Assembly: GCA_041494685.1 (NCBI GenBank)
Contig: JBGQBE010000022.1
Location: 1 to 47,094 of the forward strand
DNA length: 47,094 bases
Direction of reading: 5' to 3'
Source: Dehalococcoidia bacterium
GTDB lineage: Bacteria > Chloroflexota > Dehalococcoidia > DSTF01 > JACRBR01
Below the pieces are notes generated by a model. It worked only from the letters and a program-made list of their open reading frames with translations, did not search any database and was not told the origin of the DNA. Below, piece by piece: positions 38,976-47,094 of the stretch (position 1 is the stretch's first letter; each line of letters begins with the position of its first letter). The translations under genes were made by a program, and so were the position numbers.

Positions 38976-39066
38976 AACCGCACCTCCTCCAACGCAGGAT
39001 GCGACGCCCTGCTCTTCCTGTCGCCATCGGCCCAAGCGCGCCCGGCGTGCCAGCGGAGGTTTTGCT

Positions 39067-41265
39067 ATGGATCGCGTCGTTATCATCGCAAACCGGCTCC
39101 CCGTCACCGCCCATTTCAACGGCGATCAACTCAGCGTCGAGCCCTCCAGCGGCGGCCTCGCGAGCGGGCTGCGCGGCCCCCACGGACAATCGGAGGGCCT
39201 CTGGATCGGCTGGCCCGGCGATCTCCCTCGCCTGAGCGCCGGCCAGCAACGCGCGCTTGAAGCGCGACTCGATGAACTGCGCTCCGTTCCGGTATACCTC
39301 ACACGCCGTGAAGTGAAGAGCTTCTACGAGGACGTTGCGAACGCCATCCTCTGGCCGATCTTTCACGACCGCCTCGATCAGCTCCCGACGCAACTCGGCG
39401 GCTGGGACGACTTCCGCGCCGTCAACGCCCGCTTCGCACGCGCCGCCGCGGAGCGGCACGAGCCCGGGGACCTCACCTGGGTGCACGACTACCAGCTCGT
39501 GCTCGTACCGGGCATGCTGCGCGAACTCGTCCCTGACGCGCGCATCGGCTTCTTCCTGCACATCCCATTCCCGTCCGACGACTTGCTCGACGTGCTGCCG
39601 TGGCGCGAGGAGCTCCTCCGCGGCATGCTCGGCGCGGACCTCGTCGGGTTCCACACCTTCTCCTACCTGCGACACTTCTGCGACGCGGTCCGCGGTCTGC
39701 TCGGCCTCGACGCGGAACTCGACGGCGTGTCCTACGAGGGTCGGCGCGTCCGCTTTGGTGTGTACCCGATGGGCGTAGACGCCGCGGACTGGGCGGCACG
39801 CGGCCAGGATCCTTGCGTCCTGGCCGAAGCGGACCGGATCAAGTCGGAGGGCCACGAGACGCGGCTCGTCGTCGGCATCGACAGGCTCGACTATACGAAG
39901 GGACTGCTGGGCCGGCTCCTCGCCTTCCAGCGGTTCCTCGAGCGCTCGCCGGAGCTTCGGGACAGCGTCCGTCTCATCCAGGTCACCGTGCCTTCGCGCG
40001 AGAAGGTCGAAGCCTACGCCGGCCTCCGCCGCCGCATCGATGAGCTCGTCGGGCGGATCAACAGCACCTACGCCACCGCCACATCCGAGCCGATCCATCG
40101 GCGGCACACCTCGCTCTCGCCGCACGAGATATCGGCCCTGTACCGCGCGGCGGACGTCATGCTCGTCACGCCCCTGCGCGACGGCATGAACCTCGTCGCC
40201 AAGGAGTTCGTCGCCACGCGCGTCGATGACGACGGCGTCCTGATCCTCAGCAAGTTCGCCGGCGCCGCGTCCGAGCTGGGCCAGGCGCTGATCGTGAACC
40301 CGTATGACGTCGGCGAGGTGGCCGCGGCGCTCACCAGTGCGCTGACCATGCCGCGGGAAGAGCGCCGGAGCCGCATGCAATCGATGCGGCGGCGTGTCGC
40401 CGCATACGACGTCCACCGTTGGGCCGCGTCCTTCCTCGATGATCTTCGGGAGCACGCAAAGGGCGCCGCCGTCAAGGCGACCTCCGCGGACGCGGGACCT
40501 GCCCTCACGCGTCTCGTGGCGCGGCTCCGGGAAGGCCGGCGCTTCCTCGTCATCCTCGACTACGACGGCACGCTGGTCCCGTTCGCCGACACGCCCGCCG
40601 AGGCCATCCCGGACGCGGACCTGCTCGCACTCGTCCGGCGCCTCGCCGACCGCCCGGAGACACGCGTCCACATCGTCAGCGGCCGCTCGCGCGACACGCT
40701 CACCCGGTGGTTCGGCGATCTGCCGGTCGGGCTCCATGCCGAGCATGGCCTGGCCTCTCGCCCCGACCCGGACGGCGACTGGATCGAGGCGAGGACGTTG
40801 TCGCGCGACTGGATGCTCCGGCTGCGCCCCATCCTCGACCATTTCGTCGCGACGACACCCGGCACCTTCGTCGAAGAGAAACCCGCGTCGATCGCCTGGC
40901 ACTACCGCCGCGCCGCGGCCAATCCCTATGCGACACGATTCGTGGAATCACAGGCGCGGGAATTGCGCGTCCTGATCGAGAGCATGGCGGCGAGTCTGCC
41001 GGTCGAGATGCTGCCCGGCAACATGGTCGTCGAGGCGCGGACGCGCGGCGTAAGCAAGCGCAACATCCTGCCCCGGCTGCTCTGCGACACCTCCGGCGCC
41101 GAGGTGATCGTGGCCATGGGCGACGACCAGACCGACGAAGAGCTCTTCGCGGCACTGCCGGACGGCAGCATCACGGTGCGTATCGGCGAGGGCGCGACGC
41201 GCGCGCTCTACCGTCTGCCCGACCCCGCCAGCGCCCGTCACGTGCTCGCGTCCCTGCTCGACTGA
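39067..41265 (+). CDS. Bifunctional trehalose-6-phosphate synthase/phosphatase (OtsA-OtsB fusion)
   Basis: [41 protein letters not shown] domain [18 protein letters not shown]. Confidence 0.93.
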   Translation: MDRVVIIANRLPVTAHFNGDQLSVEPSSGGLASGLRGPHGQSEGLWIGWPGDLPRLSAGQQRALEARLDELRSVPVYLTRREVKSFYEDVANAILWPIFHDRLDQLPTQLGGWDDFRAVNARFARAAAERHEPGDLTWVHDYQLVLVPGMLRELVPDARIGFFLHIPFPSDDLLDVLPWREELLRGMLGADLVGFHTFSYLRHFCDAVRGLLGLDAELDGVSYEGRRVRFGVYPMGVDAADWAARGQDPCVLAEADRIKSEGHETRLVVGIDRLDYTKGLLGRLLAFQRFLERSPELRDSVRLIQVTVPSREKVEAYAGLRRRIDELVGRINSTYATATSEPIHRRHTSLSPHEISALYRAADVMLVTPLRDGMNLVAKEFVATRVDDDGVLILSKFAGAASELGQALIVNPYDVGEVAAALTSALTMPREERRSRMQSMRRRVAAYDVHRWAASFLDDLREHAKGAAVKATSADAGPALTRLVARLREGRRFLVILDYDGTLVPFADTPAEAIPDADLLALVRRLADRPETRVHIVSGRSRDTLTRWFGDLPVGLHAEHGLASRPDPDGDWIEARTLSRDWMLRLRPILDHFVATTPGTFVEEKPASIAWHYRRAAANPYATRFVESQARELRVLIESMAASLPVEMLPGNMVVEARTRGVSKRNILPRLLCDTSGAEVIVAMGDDQTDEELFAALPDGSITVRIGEGATRALYRLPDPASARHVLASLLD

Positions 41266-41297
41266 CGCGCTCCCTGCGCTACCCTGTACGCAGGGTC

Positions 41298-41897
41298 ATG
41301 GCCGACGCGCTGATCACTCCACAGATGCAAGCCGTCCTCGCGCGCCTCGAAGCGCGCGACGCGTCCGAGCGCGCGCATGACGTCCCGCGCGCCGAGCGCC
41401 TGCGCCAGATCCCGCGGGACGTCGGCCGCTTCCTGCAAGCGCTCGTCCTCGCGTCCAGGCCGCGCACCATCGTCGAGATCGGCGCGTCCGGCGGCTACTC
41501 CACCACGTGGCTCGCCTCCGCCGCGCTGCATGTCGGCGCGCGCGTCGCCACGCTCGAGATCGACCCTGTGAAAGTCGCGCTCGCGTCCGCCGCGATCAAC
41601 GATGCCGGCTTCGCGTCCGTTGCCACCGTCGTCGCCGGCGACGCCTTCGCCTGGCTCCGCGCGCGCAAGGAGCCGATCGACTTCGTCTTCCTCGACGCCG
41701 AGAAGGAGGACTACGCCGCCTTCCTCGATCTCATCACGCCGCTCCTCCCGGCCGGCGGCGTCCTCGTCGCCGACAACCTGCTCTCCCACCCCGACGACCT
41801 CGCCGCCTTCCGCCAGCGCGCGCTCGCCGACCCCCGTCTCGCCGGCCTCGTGGTCCCCATCGGCCGCGGCGAACTCGTCGCCGTCCGGCTAGGGTGA
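41298..41897 (+). CDS. SAM-dependent O-methyltransferase
   Basis: VEIGASGGYSTTWL, FVFLDAEKEDY, VADN. Confidence 0.88.
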   Translation: MADALITPQMQAVLARLEARDASERAHDVPRAERLRQIPRDVGRFLQALVLASRPRTIVEIGASGGYSTTWLASAALHVGARVATLEIDPVKVALASAAINDAGFASVATVVAGDAFAWLRARKEPIDFVFLDAEKEDYAAFLDLITPLLPAGGVLVADNLLSHPDDLAAFRQRALADPRLAGLVVPIGRGELVAVRLG

Positions 41898-42117
41898 GGG
41901 CAGACCCCACCCGGGGGCGCCGGGCCGAGCGCAACCCCTATCCCGCCACCCTGATACGGTCCACATGGCCCGTGTCCCTTCGATGAACGAATCCAATTCA
42001 TCCCTGATTGGGGCCGTCTGGGCGCAAGCTACGTGACCAACGCCATTGTTGAGGGGCCGATTGGCGATCGACAATAAAGACGAAGCCTCGGGTGAAGGCA
42101 GAAAGAAGGAGGAGGCC

Positions 42118-42324
42118 ATGACGAAACTGACAGCACTGATCCTGGGTGTGGCCGCGTGGGCGGCCGTGGCGGGGCTGGCCGTGGTCATCGCATTCAACAT
42201 GGGGAACAAGAACCAGGTGTTGATGTTCCTGCCAATCCTCGTCGGCGTGGTCGTCGCGTGGGGCATCGGCGAAGTGGTGACGGAGCGCGTGTTCAACGAC
42301 AACGACAACAAGGAGGGGGTGTGA
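42118..42324 (+). CDS. Small two-TM membrane protein (68 aa)
   Basis: Strong AAGGAGGAGG RBS; two hydrophobic helices; its stop overlaps the DoxX ATG (TGATG). Confidence 0.7.
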   Translation: MTKLTALILGVAAWAAVAGLAVVIAFNMGNKNQVLMFLPILVGVVVAWGIGEVVTERVFNDNDNKEGV

Positions 42325-42965
42325 TGGCATTTCTTGGTCGCGCATTCGAGAAGAGAGAACTGCACGATCCCGGCGCCGTCCGCGCCGTCTTCAGCAACAC
42401 GTGGCTTGCGCCGCTGTGGCTCGTGGCGCGGGTGTACCTCGGCTACCAGTGGATCCTGGCCGGCTCCCACAAGGTGTGGGGCGACCAGCGCTGGATCGGC
42501 GTCGACGGGCCGGACGGGCTGGGGCTCAAGGCGTTCTGGGACCGCGCGATCGCGATCCCGGCCCAGGGTTCGCCGGCCATCAAGTACGACTGGTACCGCA
42601 CGTTCCTCAAGTACATGGACGACAACGCCTGGTACCACTGGTTCTCGTGGGTGATCGCCGTTGGCGAGATGACGGTCGGCGTCCTCCTGATCGTCGGCGC
42701 ATTCACCGGCCTGGCGGCGCTCGTCGGCGCGACGATGAACTTCAACTTCATGCTGGCCGGCTCGGCGAGCACGAACCCGGTGCTGTTCATCCTCGCCATC
42801 CTAATCCTGCTCGGCTGGAAGGTGTCGGGCTGGATCGGCGTCGACCGCTGGCTGCTGCCCGTACTGGGCACGCCGTGGGAGCCCGGCCGGGCCGTAGCTG
42901 CCCTCACCCACAACGGAGAAGGGAGAGCCGCCCCAGGGCTCACTCCGCGACGCGGACCCGCCTGA
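42324..42965 (+). CDS. DoxX/DoxD family membrane protein
   Basis: LWLVARVYLGYQWILAG.HK, GEMTVGVLLIVG, MNFNFMLAGSASTNP, GWIGVDRWLLP. Confidence 0.85.
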   Translation: MAFLGRAFEKRELHDPGAVRAVFSNTWLAPLWLVARVYLGYQWILAGSHKVWGDQRWIGVDGPDGLGLKAFWDRAIAIPAQGSPAIKYDWYRTFLKYMDDNAWYHWFSWVIAVGEMTVGVLLIVGAFTGLAALVGATMNFNFMLAGSASTNPVLFILAILILLGWKVSGWIGVDRWLLPVLGTPWEPGRAVAALTHNGEGRAAPGLTPRRGPA

Positions 42966-42986
42966 CCCGCTCAGACGAGCACAAGA

Positions 42987-43022
42987 AAGAAGAGGCGTGC
43001 GATGCACGCCTCTTCTTGTTTC
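42987..43022. terminator. Bidirectional intrinsic terminator
   Basis: AAGAAGAGGCGTGC-GAT-GCACGCCTCTTCTT-GTTT between convergent genes. Confidence 0.85.
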
Positions 43023-43082
43023 TCGCGCCGCCCGTACGCCGTTGTCGATCGATGAAGGTGGCGCACTCCAGTTGGAGCAGCG

Positions 43083-43481
43083 TCAACCCGGCGCGAAGAG
43101 GTCGAAGAACTTCGGGAAGGTGCCGGTGAAGCCGCCGCCGATCAACGCCGCCGCGACGATCGCGACGGGCGTCCATGGCAGGTTGCGCTTCCACAGCACC
43201 AGCGACAGCGCCACCCACGCGATGACAAACGCCAGCCCGGCGAATGTCACCTTGCCGGACAGCGGGCCGACGCGGTGCTGGAGGTTGATCTTGTCGGCGA
43301 ACCCTGTGTACGCCTCGGCCCACGTGGTGAGAATCCCCATCACGAGCGAACCGAACGCGGCCGCCAGCAACGCCGCCGCCGCGGGGCCGTTCGGCTTTTC
43401 TACGACGTTCAGTTCTTCGGCGCTCCAGACGATCTCGTCGATCTTCCTGCCGCCTTCGCTCCGTGGTTGGCTCATGGCCAT
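43083..43481 (-). CDS. Hypothetical three-TM membrane protein
   Basis: KPNGPAAAALLAA, GPLSGK, FPKFFDLF; AAAGGAG RBS. Confidence 0.75.
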   Translation of the reverse strand: MAMSQPRSEGGRKIDEIVWSAEELNVVEKPNGPAAAALLAAAFGSLVMGILTTWAEAYTGFADKINLQHRVGPLSGKVTFAGLAFVIAWVALSLVLWKRNLPWTPVAIVAAALIGGGFTGTFPKFFDLFAPG

Positions 43482-43509
43482 GGCGATGCTCCTTTCTCGT
43501 ACCGCGCGC

Positions 43510-44043
43510 TTACTGGAGCGGCGCAGCTTTCGTGATGAACGCGCCCATCAGGCCGGCCGCGCCCGCCGCGGCGAATGCCGCAACGAACAGGGTGATCGCG
43601 GCCCAGCGCAACCGCTTATCGACGATCAACTGGTTGCCGTAGTACAGCACGATGAACGCGGCGGCAGTGGCCAGCATCGGGGAGAGCCACGCGACATGCT
43701 CTTTCCACTCCATACCGAAATTGTGCCATTCCTCTTTTCCGGAGGTGGCGAGCAGTAGCGCTTTGGGGTAGTGCGTAAGGTCTGTCGTCCCTTTCGGCGC
43801 CGGCGCGCGGTACCACGGATACACGACGTACGTGCCTGTGATCGTTGTGACCCAGGCAACCAGCGCCATGCCGGTGACGCCGACCTTTAGCCGCAGCATG
43901 CGCTCACCCACGCCTGCGCGGGTCACCCATTCGGGCCGCAAGCTCCACAGCCCCGCAAGTCCGCCCGCGAATGCAAGCAAGAACAACGCGCCGAAGATCA
44001 TGCCGTGTGCGGCGGTCCATGCCTCACGATTGGTTAGTTCCAT
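43510..44043 (-). CDS. Hypothetical four-TM membrane protein with His residues near or in the helices
   Basis: HGMIFGAL, GTYVVYPWYRA, WHNFGMEWKEHVAW; AAGGAGG RBS. Confidence 0.8.
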   Translation of the reverse strand: MELTNREAWTAAHGMIFGALFLLAFAGGLAGLWSLRPEWVTRAGVGERMLRLKVGVTGMALVAWVTTITGTYVVYPWYRAPAPKGTTDLTHYPKALLLATSGKEEWHNFGMEWKEHVAWLSPMLATAAAFIVLYYGNQLIVDKRLRWAAITLFVAAFAAAGAAGLMGAFITKAAPLQ

Positions 44044-44352
44044 CTAACCCTCCTTCCCTGGCGGTCGCCGCGACCGGTCGCGGCTGATTAGTATGGTCAC
44101 ATGTGTTACGCGCCGCAAGGAAGGCAAGCGCTCCGCTTCCGCCCCCGACCGAGCGTCGATCTTGGGACCCAAGGGCCGTATCAGGTTCGCCACAGGAGAG
44201 TTCGAGCGCGCCCCCGCCGGCGTCCGGCGGCATGCTCCCCATCGACGCCGCGACGAGCTTCTGCCATACTCCCGGCACGTCTGAGATCTCGGGCCGCGCC
44301 ACGGGGCCGGCCGCCAGAGAGCAGCTAGTTCGGATTGAGGGGTGCACATTCT

Positions 44353-44868
44353 ATGGACGTAAAGACCACGCTGCGACAACAGATGCAGGCCATGCACGGC
44401 ACACTGGAGGCGGCGATCGGGGACTGCTCCGCGGACGCGCTCGCGCGCAAACTCCCCGGCTCGACGATCAACTCCATCGGGGCTATCTACGCCCACACCA
44501 TCTTCAGCGAAGACGGGCTCCTCAACGGGCTGGTCCGGGGCGGCGCACCCGTCTACTTCGCCGGCGGCTGGGCGCCGAAGGTCGGCCTCGACATGCCGAA
44601 GGGAGGCCTGGAGCCGGACTGGTCCGTCACGCTCGACCTCGGCCTCTTCCGCCAGTACGCCGCCGCGGTCTACCAGGCCACCGACGAGTACCTCGCCACC
44701 GTCAGCGACGCCGAACTCGACCGCGTCGTCGATCCGGGGTTCGCTCCCCCGATGCCCGTGCGGTCCTTCTTCGCGAACCTGCTCGCCTGGCACGCGGCCA
44801 CGCACCAGGGCGAGATCTCGGCCCTCAAGGGCGTCCAGGGCCTCAACGGCCTCAACCTGACCCACTAG
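44353..44868 (+). CDS. DinB superfamily protein
   Basis: SIGAIYAHTIFSED...WHAATHQGEISALKG, the three-His pattern. Confidence 0.8.
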   Translation: MDVKTTLRQQMQAMHGTLEAAIGDCSADALARKLPGSTINSIGAIYAHTIFSEDGLLNGLVRGGAPVYFAGGWAPKVGLDMPKGGLEPDWSVTLDLGLFRQYAAAVYQATDEYLATVSDAELDRVVDPGFAPPMPVRSFFANLLAWHAATHQGEISALKGVQGLNGLNLTH

Positions 44869-44947
44869 CGCGCCGGCCCCGCGCCCTCACCCGCGTCGAG
44901 GTTCGCACTCGCCCCCACCGGACGCACAACCGCCGCAAACAAGCGCC

Positions 44948-44977
44948 GGGCGCGACGGAGCCAGTCCCGTCGCGCCC
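44948..44977. terminator. GC-rich hairpin after the DinB gene
   Basis: GGGCGCGACGG-N8-CCGTCGCGCCC; no clear U tract. Confidence 0.45.
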
Positions 44978-44980
44978 AGC

Positions 44981-45018
44981 GCCGGCGTAGCCCAGCGGCA
45001 GAGCAACCGTTTCGTAAG
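44981..45018 (+). repeat. Degenerate 5' half of tRNA-Thr(CGT), probable att site
   Basis: GCCGGCGTAGCCCAGCGGCAGAGCAACCGTTTCGTAAG is 34/38 identical to 47057-47094; the following sequence cannot complete a tRNA. Confidence 0.85.
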
Positions 45019-45339
45019 GCCTCCCCATGCCGAGCGCTGTGCAACAGACGTGAAGTCCCCGCCGCGGGCCCACAGTTATCGGATTCGATGCGGCAGTTTC
45101 CACGGCAACATCGCTGTCGTCGGTGGAACAAGCGACATCGGCGTCGACTTTGTCCTGATGGTGACCGACGATCCCGATGGGATCATCGTGGGCACATTCC
45201 GTCCCAATTGCGACACAACGGGGTTCGGCGATCCGGCCAGTCTCCCGCTCTCCTCGGGCTTCATCAAAGTCATCGATCATTAAGACACCGGAGCTCTGCC
45301 CTCCGTGCTGCTAGGTGCCGGGCGCGGGCCCTGCGAACT

Positions 45340-45800
45340 GAAGCACCTTGGTGACGCTGGTCGTGAGAACCCCCGGTCCTTGGGCGACATCACCATGATG
45401 GCGATGCTGAGTCGGCAGCCGAGCACGTGCCCCGACTGGGACTCGTGGAGGTCATCGTGCCGCCCGGGCCGGCGATGCCTCCGCAGCACATCCACCACAA
45501 GTTCGAGGAGATCTTCATCGTCACCAAGGGCCGGCTTCGCTCACCTCCGGCGACGAGAGCGTCGACGTGGCGGCCGGATCCTGCGTGACGGTCCCCCTTG
45601 GCACGGCCCATACATTCTCTAACCCCTTCGACGAGCCGGCAACATTCATCAACACGCTGACGCCGGACCTTTACGTCGAGTACTTCCGTGATCTTGGCCG
45701 GCTGCCCGTCGATGAAAGGGGATTGCTCAGCCCGGCTGACATCGGTCGAACGATGGCCCGCTACCACACGGAGGTCGTGCGCAGCGAGGCACCCCGCTGA
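45340..45800 (+). pseudogene. Frameshifted cupin-domain gene
   Basis: RLGLVEVIVPPGPAMPPQHIHHKFEEIFIVTKGRLR continues in another frame as TSGDESVDVAAGSCVTVPLGTAHTFSNP...TPDLYVEYF; shift near 45541; the 5' end is also disrupted (start approximate). Confidence 0.75.
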
Positions 45801-45865
45801 TAACCTGACCATCGAGACTTCCGCCCATCCGTGAGGCGGCTGGGATCCACAGGAGGAACACCGCT

Positions 45866-46210
45866 ATGGCAACCGAACAAGAGGCACCCGAGACGAGAGG
45901 CGTCACGGTGGAGCAACTTGTAGCCCTTGACCTTGGCCCCGAAATCGAGGGCATGGCAGGGCGCCAGCTTCGAATGCGTATGGTGACCATCGAGCCTGGA
46001 GGGGTCCTCGGCCCGATTCACGACCACAGAGACAGACCGGGCCTGGTGTACATACTCCAAGGAACGATCACTGACCATCGAAATGGAGTGGCTACGGAGT
46101 ATGGGCCGGGGGTGGGCTGGCCCGAGGATAGGAACACCACGCACTGGCTTGAAAACAGAGGAACGACGCCGGCGGTCGAGATCTCGATCGACATATTCGG
46201 GCAGCCGTAA
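45866..46210 (+). CDS. Cupin domain protein
   Basis: TIEPGGVLGPIHDHRDRPGLVYILQG...HWLENRG; AGGAGG RBS. Confidence 0.85.
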   Translation: MATEQEAPETRGVTVEQLVALDLGPEIEGMAGRQLRMRMVTIEPGGVLGPIHDHRDRPGLVYILQGTITDHRNGVATEYGPGVGWPEDRNTTHWLENRGTTPAVEISIDIFGQP

Positions 46211-46382
46211 CAACTGTAAGCCGAGACACCCACAAAGGAGGAGTTGCTGCTGCCGGTCGCGAGCTAAGCGACGACGGGGATGACGCACTAGTACACCACC
46301 TTGCGGGACGTGACCCCGCAGCGCGACATAGATGTGCCGCGGGTTAGCGACACGGTAACGCCACAGTAAAGGAGCACAGACA

Positions 46383-46859
46383 ATGAACACGAAGGCAGAT
46401 GCGCTCGCCACGCGGTCCGAACAGGCCTGCCGGGACTTCGCCTCCACGATCCAGGGAATGAACGACCGGGCATGGAACTCGACAACGTCCGAAGAAGGCT
46501 GGACCGTAGCCGCGGTGGCGCATCACGCGGCCGGGTCTTCCGGCCCGATCTCGATGATGGCACAGGCTGCCGCCACCAGCGCGGCGATGCCAACCCTCAC
46601 GATGGACACGCTCGATCAGATGAACGCCGATCACGCAAAGCAGTACGCGAATGTCTCGCGTGAAGACACGCTGGCGTTGCTTCACGAGACCACGGCTCCA
46701 GCGGCCGCGATCATCCGCAGCCTCAGCGACGAGTAGCTCAACGGCAAGGCAGTGATGCCGTCTGGAGCGGAGATGACTGCCGAGCAAATCATCGAGAACG
46801 TGCTTATCGGGCATCTCATCGGACACCGCGCGAGCATCATGGCGGCAGTTCCCGCGTAG
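46383..46859 (+). pseudogene. DinB/MDMPI-like gene interrupted by an in-frame TAG at 46734-46736
   Basis: WTVAAVAHH in the N-terminal part; past the TAG the frame continues LNGKAVMPSGAEMTAEQIIENVLIGHLIGHRASIMAAVPA to a stop at 46859 and carries the HxxxH motif. Confidence 0.75.
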
Positions 46860-47056
46860 GCTTCGTGCTGTTCACGAGTGCGCGCGGTCGAGCGCGCCTC
46901 GGTCGTGCGGACGCGTACGGGTCGAACTAGCCGTGGCCCCTTGGCCAGCATTCATGGCCTGGGTCTACCTATTCGCTTATACTGCCGACAGGTCGCTCCG
47001 AGCGCTGTGCTGGGCGTGATACCGCAGTTATCTGGTGTAGCCAGATTCAAAACGAT

Positions 47057-47094
47057 GCCGGCGTAGCTCAGCGGTAGAGCAGCTGTTTCGTAAG
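47057..47094 (+). tRNA. tRNA-Thr(CGT), 5' part, cut by the window end
   Basis: GCCGGCG TA GCTC AGCGGTA GAGC A GCTGT TTCGTAA G: acceptor 5' strand, D arm and anticodon loop with CGT. Confidence 0.8.

Larger units (their letters stand above)
45019..47056. mobile_element. Remnant genomic island between tRNA-Thr 5'-half repeats; no integrase visible
   Basis: Flanked by direct repeats, visibly less GC-skewed codon usage, and contains two damaged genes. Confidence 0.65.

Noticed and set aside
44981..45060. Second complete tRNA-Thr gene
   Set aside because: The D-stem is mismatched and no anticodon 3' strand, T arm or acceptor 3' strand follows.
45050..45283. 77-aa ORF at the island's left edge
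   Set aside because: No RBS and no recognisable family; possibly a truncated gene fragment but unsupported.
46734..46736. Pyrrolysine or stop-codon reassignment
   Set aside because: TAG ends many intact genes here (valS, aldolase, ccsA) and no pyl genes are visible.
1..47094. CRISPR array, transposase, integrase or prophage genes
   Set aside because: No regularly spaced repeats or recognisable motifs for these were found.

Overview
High-GC bacterial chromosomal segment with no phage, CRISPR or IS elements. Gene content and style suggest Chloroflexota, possibly Dehalococcoidia-like (inference). It carries an ECF sigma/anti-sigma/FAD-oxidoreductase operon, a long Lhr helicase, a tandem pair of ferritin-like proteins followed by an enoyl-CoA hydratase, CPBP protease-trpA-aroH-aroF, a secreted putative glycoside hydrolase, a HAD hydrolase, a class I aldolase, Fic, csoR-copZ-copA, valS, ABC transporters, two PAS histidine kinases, a fused trehalose-6-P synthase/phosphatase, DoxX and uncharacterised membrane proteins, and a decaying ~2 kb island ending at tRNA-Thr(CGT). 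Most notable: (1) a Val-rich leader peptide with overlapping antiterminator/terminator upstream of valS, i.e. a ribosome-mediated attenuator rather than a T-box; (2) a diiron-protein pair with one complete and one degenerate ligand set, resembling an uncharacterised alpha/beta oxygenase; (3) a c-di-AMP riboswitch upstream of the trehalose gene; (4) an island bounded by duplicated 5' halves of tRNA-Thr; (5) a perfect 142-bp palindrome at the window start, probably an assembly artefact.
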